A DNA stretch of 64,000 nt from an uncultured Candidatus Saccharibacteria bacterium (GTDB lineage Bacteria > Patescibacteriota > Minisyncoccia > Phycocordibacterales > XYD1-FULL-46-19): NCBI GenBank assembly GCA_964655995.1, contig CAZZPK010000003.1, positions 22,960 through 86,959 of the forward strand. Direction: 5' to 3'. The position numbers and the translations under genes were made by a program. Under the pieces are notes generated by a model, which made no database searches, was not told where the DNA came from, and worked only from the letters and a program-made list of their open reading frames with translations. Below, in pieces: positions 55,583 through 64,000 of the stretch (its first letter is position 1; the number at the start of each line of letters is the position of its first letter).

Positions 55583-56836
55583 ATGTTGCAATCCAAGCTG
55601 TTTACCAAAGTCCGCCGAGAGGACCCCAAAGACGAGCTGGCTAAAAACGCCAAACTCCTGATCCGCGGAGGTTTTATTGCCAAGTCGCTGGCGGGGGTTT
55701 ATGTGCTCTTGCCTTTGGGCTTGCGGGTGCTCGATAAAATCAGTCAGATTATTCGCGAGGAGATGGACAAAATCGGTGGCCAGGAGCTCCGTTTGGCCGC
55801 GCTCCAGGATCCAGCGGTGTGGCAGGCCTCCGGCCGCTGGAGCGACGAGGTGGTCGACAATTGGTTTAAAACCAAATTAAAAAATGATACCGAGCTCGGT
55901 TTGGGTTTTACCCACGAGGAGCCACTGGCCAAATTGATGGCTGATCATATCCAGTCATACCGCGACCTGCCGGCGTATGTCTATCAAATCCAGACCAAGT
56001 TCCGCAATGAGGCGCGGGCCAAAAGTGGCATTTTGCGCGGGCGCGAGTTTTTGATGAAGGATTTGTACTCATTTAATGTCGACCAGGCCGGCCTGGACGC
56101 TTTTTACGATCAAGCCAAAGAGGCTTATCGACGAGTGTTTGACCGGGTGGGCATCGGGGCGCAAACTTTTTTAACTTTTGCTTCAGGTGGTACCTTCAGC
56201 AAATATAGCCACGAATTCCAAGCGGTATGCCCGGCCGGCGAGGACACCATTTACTTGTCGCGCGATAAAGAGATCGCGATCAACGAGGAGGTTTACGGCC
56301 CTGATGTTTTGGCCGAACTTGGTCTTGAGGAACAAGAATTGGTTAAAGAGACGGCGATCGAGGTTGGTAATATTTTTAAATTAGGTACCAAATATTCTGA
56401 GGCTCTGGGTTTGACTTACAGCACCGAGACCGGCGAGCGCCTACCGGTGGTGATGGGCAGTTACGGCCTAGGGGTAACGCGGCTGCTTGGCACTATTGCC
56501 GAGTTGACCGGCACCGATAGCGGCCTTAATTGGCCCAAGGCGGTGGCACCGTTTAAAGTCCATTTACTTGCTTTGGGCAATGATGAGGCGGTACACGCCA
56601 AGTCTCGCGCTTTATACGAAACGTTGGTCGCCCAAGGGGCAGAAGTGCTTTTTGATGACCGCGAACTTAGCGCCGGGGAAAAATTTGGCGATGCCGATTT
56701 GATTGGCATTCCAGTGCGCTTGGTGTTAAGTGCCAAAACCGCCGCGCTTGAGGCGGTGGAGTGGTTTGACCGCTCTCAAGGCAAGACGGAGTCGGTGCCC
56801 ATTAGCGAGGTACCGGCCCGCATTTTAGCTTTATGA
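55583..56836 (+). CDS. proS: prolyl-tRNA synthetase (short form)
   Basis: IRGGFI...AGVYVLLPLG and class II motifs. Confidence 0.75.
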   Translation: MLQSKLFTKVRREDPKDELAKNAKLLIRGGFIAKSLAGVYVLLPLGLRVLDKISQIIREEMDKIGGQELRLAALQDPAVWQASGRWSDEVVDNWFKTKLKNDTELGLGFTHEEPLAKLMADHIQSYRDLPAYVYQIQTKFRNEARAKSGILRGREFLMKDLYSFNVDQAGLDAFYDQAKEAYRRVFDRVGIGAQTFLTFASGGTFSKYSHEFQAVCPAGEDTIYLSRDKEIAINEEVYGPDVLAELGLEEQELVKETAIEVGNIFKLGTKYSEALGLTYSTETGERLPVVMGSYGLGVTRLLGTIAELTGTDSGLNWPKAVAPFKVHLLALGNDEAVHAKSRALYETLVAQGAEVLFDDRELSAGEKFGDADLIGIPVRLVLSAKTAALEAVEWFDRSQGKTESVPISEVPARILAL

Positions 56837-56853
56837 TTAAACGCTGGTATGAA

Positions 56854-57888
56854 ATGTTTTCCCACGATCTGGGGATCGACTTGGGCACAGCCACCACCTT
56901 AATTTACGTTAAGGGGCACGGTATTGTCTTGCTTGAGCCCTCGATTGTGGCTTTAAATCAAAAAACCGGCCGGGTGGTGGCGGTGGGGGCCGATGCCAAC
57001 AAAATGATCGGCCGGACGCCGGCGCACATCAGCGCGGTTAAGCCACTCTCCGGCGGCGTGATCTCCAATTTTGAGGTGGCCGAGGAGATGCTCGCTTATT
57101 TTATGAAAAAGGCCGTGGCGCAAATACCCGGTAAAATATTTTTCCGCCCGCGGGTGGTGATCAGCGTCCCTTCGGGCATTACCAATGTTGAGCGTCGCGC
57201 AGTGCGCGACGCGGCGCGCAATGCCGGCGCCCGCACCGTCCATATTATTGAAAAGCCGATGGCCGCCGCTTTCGGCGTCCGTTTGCCGGTGCATGATCCG
57301 GTGGGGACGATGTTGGTAGATATCGGCGGCGGTACCGTCGATATTGCGGTGTTGTCCTTGGGCGGTATCGTCAAGTCGCGCAATCTCCATGTGGCCGGCG
57401 ATCATCTTAATCAGGATATTATTTCTTATATCCGGGACGAGTTTAAAATTTTATTGGGCGAGCGGACGGCCGAGGATGTCAAAATGGCCATTGGCTCGGT
57501 GATTAAGGGCAAAGAGCCGGAGGAGGCCTCAATTCGCGGCCGCGATCTGGTGACCGGCCTGCCGCGCGAGGTTATCGTTACCGACAGCGATATCCGCGAG
57601 GCGATCATGCCCTCGGTTAATTTATTAATTGAGGCGATCAAAGAGGTGTTGGAGACCACGCCGCCGGAGGTGATCGCCGACATCATGCATCGAGGGCTCA
57701 TTTTAGTGGGTGGCGGGGCTTTGTTGACGGGTCTCCCTGCATTGCTCGAGAAAGAGCTTGGCCTGCCGGTAATCCTGGTTGACGAGCCGACGACGGCCGT
57801 AGTCCGCGGCACCGGAGTTATCCTTGAGGATATTAACGCTTATCGTGATATTCTACTTGATAATGAAGACCAATTACCAGCGCGATAA
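56854..57888 (+). CDS. mreB: rod shape-determining protein MreB (paralog 2)
   Basis: GIDLGTATTLIYV and the actin fold. Confidence 0.8.
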   Translation: MFSHDLGIDLGTATTLIYVKGHGIVLLEPSIVALNQKTGRVVAVGADANKMIGRTPAHISAVKPLSGGVISNFEVAEEMLAYFMKKAVAQIPGKIFFRPRVVISVPSGITNVERRAVRDAARNAGARTVHIIEKPMAAAFGVRLPVHDPVGTMLVDIGGGTVDIAVLSLGGIVKSRNLHVAGDHLNQDIISYIRDEFKILLGERTAEDVKMAIGSVIKGKEPEEASIRGRDLVTGLPREVIVTDSDIREAIMPSVNLLIEAIKEVLETTPPEVIADIMHRGLILVGGGALLTGLPALLEKELGLPVILVDEPTTAVVRGTGVILEDINAYRDILLDNEDQLPAR

Positions 57889-58669
57889 TTTAACCAAATT
57901 TTTTTTAAAACAGCGGGCAAGGCAATGGGCATTGATTGCCGGGCTAGCGGTTTTGATTTTGGTATTGGGCTGGGCCGGATGGCGGCTGTTTGGCGTCTTG
58001 GCTTGGTGGTCGCGGCCGCTGTGGCTGGCCGGCGCGGCGGCCGATGCCCGGATTGATGTTTTGGCCGAGGTGGGCAAAACGCGCCGGACGCTGATTGCGG
58101 AGAATCGCTCATTTAAAGCCGAGACTGATGAGTTAAAAACCCAATTGGTCGTTAAAGATGCTGAGCTGGCCAAGTGGCGGGCACTCGCGTCAGCTTGGGG
58201 GCGGGCCGACTCGGCTCGCTCCGGTTTGGCCGCTTTGGTAATCAGCCAGCCTAATCACTCACCTTACGATACTTTGATTATCGATTTGGGCCGTGATAAT
58301 GCCACTAAGGAGATTGCGCCCGGCATGGCTGTCGCCCATGACGATGTTTTGCTGGGCCGGGTAACGCGAGTCAGCGGCCAGACCAGCCAAGTGCGTTTGT
58401 TGTCCTCGCCGGGAGAGGAAACGGCCGTTTTGGTCGGCGACAATCGGATCCCGGCGCTCGCCACCGGGCGCGGCGGCGGCAACTTTATTATCTCTTTGCC
58501 GCGCACGGTGGAGGTTAAGGTGGGCGACGTGATCGCCGTCCCGACGACCACGCCGTCGGTGCTGGGAGTGGTCGGAGCGGTCAATAATGATCCTAAAAAT
58601 CCATTCCAGACCATTTTATTCCGTTCGCCGCTTAATATTTTTGAATTGCCGGCCGTAACCGTCCTATGA
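57863..58669 (+). CDS. mreC: rod shape-determining protein MreC
   Basis: TM, coiled coil, then a beta-barrel domain (LIIDLGRDNATKEIAPGMAV). Confidence 0.65.
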   Translation: MKTNYQRDNLTKFFLKQRARQWALIAGLAVLILVLGWAGWRLFGVLAWWSRPLWLAGAAADARIDVLAEVGKTRRTLIAENRSFKAETDELKTQLVVKDAELAKWRALASAWGRADSARSGLAALVISQPNHSPYDTLIIDLGRDNATKEIAPGMAVAHDDVLLGRVTRVSGQTSQVRLLSSPGEETAVLVGDNRIPALATGRGGGNFIISLPRTVEVKVGDVIAVPTTTPSVLGVVGAVNNDPKNPFQTILFRSPLNIFELPAVTVL

Positions 58670-58935
58670 TTTGGCGACATTTTATTACCCTGATTATTTT
58701 TTTGTCTCTGGCTTGGGGGCCATGGTGGCTCTCGGCCGCTCTGCTCGGGGCGGCGATATTAACACTCCCTTATTATTTTGAAGCGGCGTTTTTGGTTTTG
58801 GTGTTTGAGTGGTGGTATCGGACGGCTCCGGCCGGCGAGGCTGTTGTTTGGCCGTGGCTTGCGGTGGCTACTTTGGCGCTGGTGGTGATAATCAATAAGA
58901 TCTATGAACATCTTCGATTTTTTGCGGCGGCGTAG
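58666..58935 (+). CDS. mreD: MreD-like small membrane protein
   Basis: Its position between mreC and the PBP2 gene, and hydrophobic helices. Confidence 0.4.
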   Translation: MIWRHFITLIIFLSLAWGPWWLSAALLGAAILTLPYYFEAAFLVLVFEWWYRTAPAGEAVVWPWLAVATLALVVIINKIYEHLRFFAAA

Positions 58936-60586
58936 GCGCCATTACGAGCCTCTGGATCCTGATCAGGTAATGCTCGACTCGAGCAATTTGCCCTCTTTTG
59001 ATAATCAGCAATTTGAGGGGCGGATTGAGCGGCCGATCCCCAAAACGACTCTTTATTGGCTGTTTGGTTTTTTTATTTTTATTTGTCTGGCATTTGTCGG
59101 CCAGCTCGGCTATCTCCAGATTATCAAGGGCGAGGCTTATGCCAAACGGAGTCAAAACAATCACTTGCGCCATATCGACATTTTCCCCGAGCGGGGGATT
59201 ATTTACGATCGCAATAATGTAGAATTGGCCTGGAATGATAATGGCCGGCAATACATTGATCAGGGTGGTTTTGCCCATGTCTTAGGTTATCTGGGCTATC
59301 CTACCGAGGAGGAATTGGCGACCGGCTTGTACTCCACCAAGGAGTATTTGGGCAAGGTTGGGATCGAAAAAGTTTTCAATCAAGAATTAAGGGGCGTCAA
59401 GGGTATTAAAATCGAGGAGGTGGATGCCACCGGCGATGTCGCCTCCGACCACATCTTGCAATTGCCGGAGAGCGGCCAAAGTATCACGCTCTCAATTGAT
59501 GCTCGAGTCCAAGCCGAGCTTTATCGTCAAATCGAGGCCTTGGCCCAAGCGCGTGGTTTTAGTGGCGGCTCGGCCGTGTTGATGGATGTAGAGACCGGCG
59601 AATTATTGGCCCTGATTAGTTATCCGGAATATAATCCGACAATTGTGACCCAAGGCGATGACCGGGAGAAGATTGCCGCCTATTTTAAAGACAAATCAAA
59701 TCCGTTTTTGAATCGGGCGGTCTCCGGGCTTTATACTCCCGGCTCGGTGGTCAAGCCGATGGTGGCGCTCGCGGCGCTGACTGAGAAGGTGATTACGCCG
59801 GAGAAAACCATTTTTAGCAGTGGCGAGCTCTCGGTGCCCAATCCCTATGATCCCAAACTTAAAACCGTGTTTAAAGATTGGAAGGCGCATGGCGTGGTGG
59901 ATATGCGTCGGGCTTTGGCGGTATCTTCCAACGTTTATTTTTACCAAATTGGCGGCGGTTTCCCCGGGCAGCTCGGTTTGGGTATTGAGCGGCTGGCTAA
60001 ATATTTTGGCCTTTTTGGCTTGGGTGAGCCGACTACTCTCGGTTTGGCGAGCGAGCCGGAGGGCAGTATCCCGACACCGGAGTGGAAAGCGGAAAATTTT
60101 GACGGCGAGCCTTGGCGTATCGGCGACACCTATCACACGACTATCGGCCAATACGGCATGCAAGTAACGCCGCTCCAAATGGCGCGAGTGGTATCGGCGG
60201 TGGCTAATAGCGGCAAAGTATTGCCACCCAGGATTACCCGAGTGACGGAGACGGTAAAACCAATTAGAGTAATTGAAGCACCGGCCAGCGCCTGGCAAGT
60301 GGTACGGGAGGGAATGCGCCTGGGCGTTAAAGAGGGGACGGCTAAAGGTCTGGATATCGGCGCGGTGGCGGTGGCGGCCAAGACCGGTACCGCGGAGCTG
60401 GGGGTCAGTAAAGAGCGAGTTAACTCCTGGATTACCGGATTTTTCCCTTACGAGTCGCCGCGTTACGCCTTTGTGGTGGTGATGGAGAAGGGTCCAAGGG
60501 AAAACTTGATCGGTGGCGTCTTTGTGATGCGCGGTCTCCTCGACTGGATGACCCTAAACACCCCGGAGTATTTGAAAATAAATTGA
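58904..60586 (+). CDS. mrdA: penicillin-binding protein 2 (elongasome transpeptidase)
   Basis: SxxK (SVVKP), SSN and KTGT motifs; TM plus dimerisation domain. Confidence 0.8.
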   Translation: MNIFDFLRRRRRHYEPLDPDQVMLDSSNLPSFDNQQFEGRIERPIPKTTLYWLFGFFIFICLAFVGQLGYLQIIKGEAYAKRSQNNHLRHIDIFPERGIIYDRNNVELAWNDNGRQYIDQGGFAHVLGYLGYPTEEELATGLYSTKEYLGKVGIEKVFNQELRGVKGIKIEEVDATGDVASDHILQLPESGQSITLSIDARVQAELYRQIEALAQARGFSGGSAVLMDVETGELLALISYPEYNPTIVTQGDDREKIAAYFKDKSNPFLNRAVSGLYTPGSVVKPMVALAALTEKVITPEKTIFSSGELSVPNPYDPKLKTVFKDWKAHGVVDMRRALAVSSNVYFYQIGGGFPGQLGLGIERLAKYFGLFGLGEPTTLGLASEPEGSIPTPEWKAENFDGEPWRIGDTYHTTIGQYGMQVTPLQMARVVSAVANSGKVLPPRITRVTETVKPIRVIEAPASAWQVVREGMRLGVKEGTAKGLDIGAVAVAAKTGTAELGVSKERVNSWITGFFPYESPRYAFVVVMEKGPRENLIGGVFVMRGLLDWMTLNTPEYLKIN

Positions 60587-60620
60587 CCTAAATTAGGTCT
60601 TGCGCTATAATGTCTCGACC

Positions 60621-61085
60621 ATGAATAGCGCCAAGGAGTATCTCTCGCAGGAAAAATACGACGCTTTGCTCAAAGAGCTTGAGCAGTTAAAAACAGTGGA
60701 TCGCCGCGAGGTGGCAGCCCAGCTCGAATTTGCCAAATCGCTCGGCGACCTCTCGGAGAATGCCGAGTATCACGAGGCGCGCGATCGCCAAGCCGACATT
60801 GAGGACCGGATCGCCAAATTAGAGGAGATTTTAAAGCACGCCGAGATTATCGGCGGCGGCTCGCACTCGCAAGTGGAGATCGGCTCCAAAGTGACAGTTA
60901 AGAAGTCCGGTGGTAAGGAAGAGGAGTTTGCCTTAGTTGGCTCCGAGGAGGCCGATATTACTGCCGGCAAAATCTCTTATCAATCGCCCCTGGGCAGTGC
61001 CCTAATGGGGAAGAAGAAGGGCGATACTGTTGTCGTCTCTACCCCCAAAGGGGATGTTAATTATACGATTAGTGCGATAAAATAA
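60621..61085 (+). CDS. greA: transcription elongation factor GreA
   Basis: N-terminal coiled coil (LSQEKYDALLKELEQLK) and the GDLSENAEY motif. Confidence 0.8.
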   Translation: MNSAKEYLSQEKYDALLKELEQLKTVDRREVAAQLEFAKSLGDLSENAEYHEARDRQADIEDRIAKLEEILKHAEIIGGGSHSQVEIGSKVTVKKSGGKEEEFALVGSEEADITAGKISYQSPLGSALMGKKKGDTVVVSTPKGDVNYTISAIK

Positions 61086-61091
61086 AGCCTA

Positions 61092-62549
61092 ATGGCCTCA
61101 CTTGAAGAATTGCGCGCGGAGCGGCTTAAAAAATTAGCGGCCCTTAAAGCGGCCGGCATTGAGGCGTATCCAATCTCGAGCGGACGTACTGATGAGATTG
61201 CCGAGATTTTAAAAAAATTTGACCGTTTGGCAGGTAAAAGGGTGGTGGTGGCCGGCCGGGTGCTCTCGGTGCGTGGCCAAGGGGCGCTCGTTTTTGCGGA
61301 CTTAAACGACGGCACCGGTAAAATCCAGGCACTTTTTAAAGAGGGGGAGATTAGCGGCGAGCAGTTTAATTTATTTAAAGACACAGTAGATATTGGCGAC
61401 TTTATTGAGGTCGGTGGCAGTTTAATGACGACCAATCGTGGGGAGAGGTCGGTGGCAGTGGAGAGCTGGGCCATGCTTACTAAAAGTCTGCGCCCCTTGC
61501 CCGACAAGTGGCACGGCTTGGCCGATGCCGATGAGCGCTATCGCCATCGCTACTTAGACAGCCTAGCTAACCCTGAGGTCAAAGAGCGTTTTGTAGTGCG
61601 CTCTAAAATAATCTCGTTGATCCGTAAATTATTAGACAAAGACGGCTTTTTGGAGGTGGAGACGCCGATGCTCCAGCCTCAGCCGGGCGGGGCCACCGCG
61701 CTGCCTTTTGTGACGCATCATAATGCTTTGGATATTGATTTGTTTTTGCGCATCGCGCCGGAACTTTATTTAAAACAGATGATTATTGGCGGCTTCCCTC
61801 AAGTGTATGAGGTATCGCGCAACTTTCGCAACGAGGGGATCGATGCCACGCATAATCCGGAGTTTACGATGCTTGAGTGGTATCGGGCCTACAGCGACGC
61901 CAAGACGGAGCAAAAATTTGTCGAGAAGTTTATTAAAACCATAGTTAAAACGATTACCGGCGGCACAACGCTTACTTACGACGGGCAAGAAATTGATTTT
62001 GGCGCTAAGTTTAATAAAGTCTCCTATCTTGATCTGCTTAAGGGGGCAGGGGTAGCTAAGCCGCTTACGGCGACGCTCGCGGAGGTCGCCGATCAAGCGC
62101 GCGAGCTTGGGGTAAAAGTGGAGCCAGCCGATAGTAAGGCTAAAATTTTAGATAATATTTATAAAAAAGTATGCCGGCCCAAGATTATCCAGCCGACTTT
62201 TATTGTGGAGTATCCGGTGGATTATTTGCCGCTGGCCAAGCGCTCGGCTAAAAATCCTAACTTGGTAGACGCCTTCCAATTAGTGGTTGGGGGGATGGAG
62301 TTGGTTAAAGCCTTCTCCGAGCTTAATGATCCGGTGGATCAGCGCGAGCGTTTTGCCGAGCAGGACAAAGTTAAAGCCGGCGGCGACGCCGAGGCCCAGA
62401 CGACCAATGAGTCCTTCCTCGAGGCGCTCGAGCATGGCTTGCCGCCCACCGGCGGCGTAGGTATCGGCCTGGATCGTTTGACCATGCTCCTCACCAACAC
62501 CAAAAACATCCGTGAGGTAATCTTTTTCCCCACTTTACGGCCAAGGTAG
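61092..62549 (+). CDS. lysS: lysyl-tRNA synthetase (class II)
   Basis: OB-fold N-terminus, FLEVETPMLQ, GGMEL...NDP, and the GLPPTGGVGIGLDRL motif. Confidence 0.9.
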   Translation: MASLEELRAERLKKLAALKAAGIEAYPISSGRTDEIAEILKKFDRLAGKRVVVAGRVLSVRGQGALVFADLNDGTGKIQALFKEGEISGEQFNLFKDTVDIGDFIEVGGSLMTTNRGERSVAVESWAMLTKSLRPLPDKWHGLADADERYRHRYLDSLANPEVKERFVVRSKIISLIRKLLDKDGFLEVETPMLQPQPGGATALPFVTHHNALDIDLFLRIAPELYLKQMIIGGFPQVYEVSRNFRNEGIDATHNPEFTMLEWYRAYSDAKTEQKFVEKFIKTIVKTITGGTTLTYDGQEIDFGAKFNKVSYLDLLKGAGVAKPLTATLAEVADQARELGVKVEPADSKAKILDNIYKKVCRPKIIQPTFIVEYPVDYLPLAKRSAKNPNLVDAFQLVVGGMELVKAFSELNDPVDQRERFAEQDKVKAGGDAEAQTTNESFLEALEHGLPPTGGVGIGLDRLTMLLTNTKNIREVIFFPTLRPR

Positions 62550-62580
62550 AATTTTAGGTAGAATTAAAATCACTTGTTTT

Positions 62581-62636
62581 TATTTGTTTAAAAACTATAC
62601 CATCTAGCCGCGATCGCTGGCAGATGGAATAATTTA
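62581..62636. repeat. REP-like palindrome R3 plus shared flank (55-bp unit)
   Basis: aaactataccatctagccgcgatcgctggcagatggaataatttaaaacaataaa, identical to 63693..63747. Confidence 0.65.
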
Positions 62637-62660
62637 AAACAATAAACCAGCTAGTTTGCA

Positions 62661-63620
62661 CTAGCTGGTGACAAAATCGCTCGAAAGAATTGGTAGCCAT
62701 TCATGTTCGGCGACGATAAGATCAACCACTCTTTTTGTCTCATATTCAGAAGCCTCATTAAAGTCATAAAGAACAATGACTTCATATGAGAATTCCTCAG
62801 GTGGATCAGTAAACAGGAGGCCGAACAAGACAACACCATCACGCATTTTTTCATTCAGACTTAGGTCAGGATACTCAAAATGGGCAATCTCAAGATGGTG
62901 CCAAAGAGTATCTATGCAGCTCCTGTGGGAACCAAATCCCCAAGACATTCGCCATTCTAAGAGGCTGGTATGAATAGCAAACCCCTTAACACTATTACCT
63001 AGAGAGACAGCATATCCATTGCTCTCTAGTAATTTGTCAGCCAATCTCTTCTTTTGTATTTTAGACAGGGAGTTTATTTTTTCCAGTTGTTGTTGGTACT
63101 CTTTATTTACTATAGTTGCAGGTGGTGATAATTTAGCTAAGTTGCCCGATCGCCAGCTTGCCTGCAAGGACCTTGCCCATTCTTGTAGCTCAGGATCATG
63201 ATGCCTCAGACTCAACGCGCTTCCTGTTTTTTGAGGACATAAATCATCTTCATGTCGGTCTAAAGGTTTGACGAAAATGAGCGGTACTCCTGGCAAAAGT
63301 TCTTTTTGGAGATAATTCACGCCCTTCTCAAACTCAAGTTCGTTTGTTGCCATTATTGCACCAATGAGTCGGCCGCAGTCTCTGGCTTCTTTGATTCGAT
63401 TGAGTTTTCTGACTAACCCGCGGTTTCCTCTGGTGTCTTTCAGATCAAACCAGGATTCAACAATTAGGACATCAAGCCCCAATCGTTGCCTTAATACTAG
63501 GGCGAGTATATCCCTGTCTGTATTATTGGTGTAAGTAAAATCATTAGAACGCTCGAGTATCAAAATCAGCGGTCTATTATCCATCTGCCCTCCTCCATTT
63601 TGTTTTTGAGGTGCTTCCAA
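62661..63620 (-). CDS. hypothetical protein (AT-rich, bracketed by the 55-bp perfect direct repeats)
   Basis: 319-aa ORF, about 40% GC; no confident domain assignment. Confidence 0.45.
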   Translation of the reverse strand: MEAPQKQNGGGQMDNRPLILILERSNDFTYTNNTDRDILALVLRQRLGLDVLIVESWFDLKDTRGNRGLVRKLNRIKEARDCGRLIGAIMATNELEFEKGVNYLQKELLPGVPLIFVKPLDRHEDDLCPQKTGSALSLRHHDPELQEWARSLQASWRSGNLAKLSPPATIVNKEYQQQLEKINSLSKIQKKRLADKLLESNGYAVSLGNSVKGFAIHTSLLEWRMSWGFGSHRSCIDTLWHHLEIAHFEYPDLSLNEKMRDGVVLFGLLFTDPPEEFSYEVIVLYDFNEASEYETKRVVDLIVAEHEWLPILSSDFVTS

Positions 63621-63692
63621 AACGGATTATGTACTTTTTGTATAAAAAGTCAATATTGTGTCATGGCCCAATACCAAAAACATCTATATTCT

Positions 63693-63747
63693 AAACTATA
63701 CCATCTAGCCGCGATCGCTGGCAGATGGAATAATTTAAAACAATAAA
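63693..63747. repeat. REP-like palindrome R4 plus shared flank (55-bp unit)
   Basis: Identical to R3. Confidence 0.65.
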
Positions 63748-63756
63748 TATTTAATA

Positions 63757-63808
63757 AAACAACAAACCCGCCTCGTAACAGACGATTTGGGTCGTTGTCG
63801 CTGGCGGG
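63757..63808 (-). terminator. conserved intrinsic terminator module, copy C (reverse orientation)
   Basis: The reverse complement ...cccgccagcgacaacgacccaaatcgtctgttacgaggcgggtttgttgtt matches copies A and B; it lies immediately 3' of the partial minus-strand CDS. Confidence 0.55.
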
Positions 63809-63812
63809 TGGT

Positions 63813-64000
63813 TTATGTGGTTGTGGGTTTAGAGAAAGACTTTTTTATTTCATCAATTATGCATTCAATTGAATCAATTGAATTGCTGTCAATTTGTATG
63901 GTTTGCCCTGTTTGCCAAACATAGTTCATTGCCCAGGTATCCAGATTTGAACGAACCCACTCCTGTACTCGTTCAGGGTGATTGATCAATGTTTCCAGCA
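63813..64000 (-). CDS. partial CDS (C-terminal 62 aa; 5' end beyond the window), AT-rich
   Basis: Open frame from the window edge to the TAA at 63813..63815 (...IDEIKKSFSKPTTT*). Confidence 0.3.
   Translation of the reverse strand, partial: LETLINHPERVQEWVRSNLDTWAMNYVWQTGQTIQIDSNSIDSIECIIDEIKKSFSKPTTT

Noticed and set aside
57840-58173. 90-aa and 99-aa minus-strand ORFs opposite mreC
   Set aside because: Antisense to a gene in a conserved mreBCD-mrdA context, in a GC-rich region with no translation signals.
42252-63747. Possibility that the repeated palindromes or terminator modules are a CRISPR array
   Set aside because: Only two to four dispersed copies separated by kilobases of coding sequence, with no regular repeat-spacer periodicity, so this is not a CRISPR.

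Overview
The window is a gene-dense, mostly housekeeping stretch at about 50-55% GC with small genes, short intergenic spacers and GGAGG-type ribosome-binding sites. It is consistent with a reduced-genome bacterium, possibly CPR/Patescibacteria-like, but that placement is an inference. Recognisable core genes, in order: rpmG, tRNA-Trp, miaA, GIY-YIG nuclease, tRNA-Leu, parB, rel/spoT, topA, dprA, serS, ftsQ-like, dus, dnaX, pyrF, ligT, tRNA-Gln, tandem M14 peptidase paralogs, sppA, Cas4-like nuclease, FGGY kinase, gpsA, msrAB, thioredoxin-like, cdaA, tgt, uvrB, SIMPL, pyk, hpf, fmt, def, priA, mreB, holB, frr, rseP, proS, a second mreB, mreC, mreD, PBP2, greA, lysS. Between these sit several AT-rich accessory insertions and conserved short repeats that the core annotation does not explain: (1) a three-gene low-GC island at about 21.95-23.6 kb encoding a SEC-C-motif protein; (2) a membrane-anchored PaaX-like regulator with a Cas2-fold domain, flanked by direct repeats carrying an ACGGTCGTC motif, next to a 7-residue tandem-repeat protein; (3) a four-gene cell-surface cluster at 46.6-51.3 kb with DUF916/WxL-like features; (4) two tiny gene cassettes with textbook sigma70 promoters and near-identical terminators, with a third terminator copy 12 kb away; (5) a REP-like GCGATCGC-centred palindrome in four copies, two of which form 55-bp perfect direct repeats around an AT-rich 319-aa gene; (6) a duplicated 44-bp upstream element associated with a paralogous gene pair. 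No CRISPR array, rRNA or obvious transposase or integrase is visible. All functional calls rest on motif recognition by eye, not on database searches.
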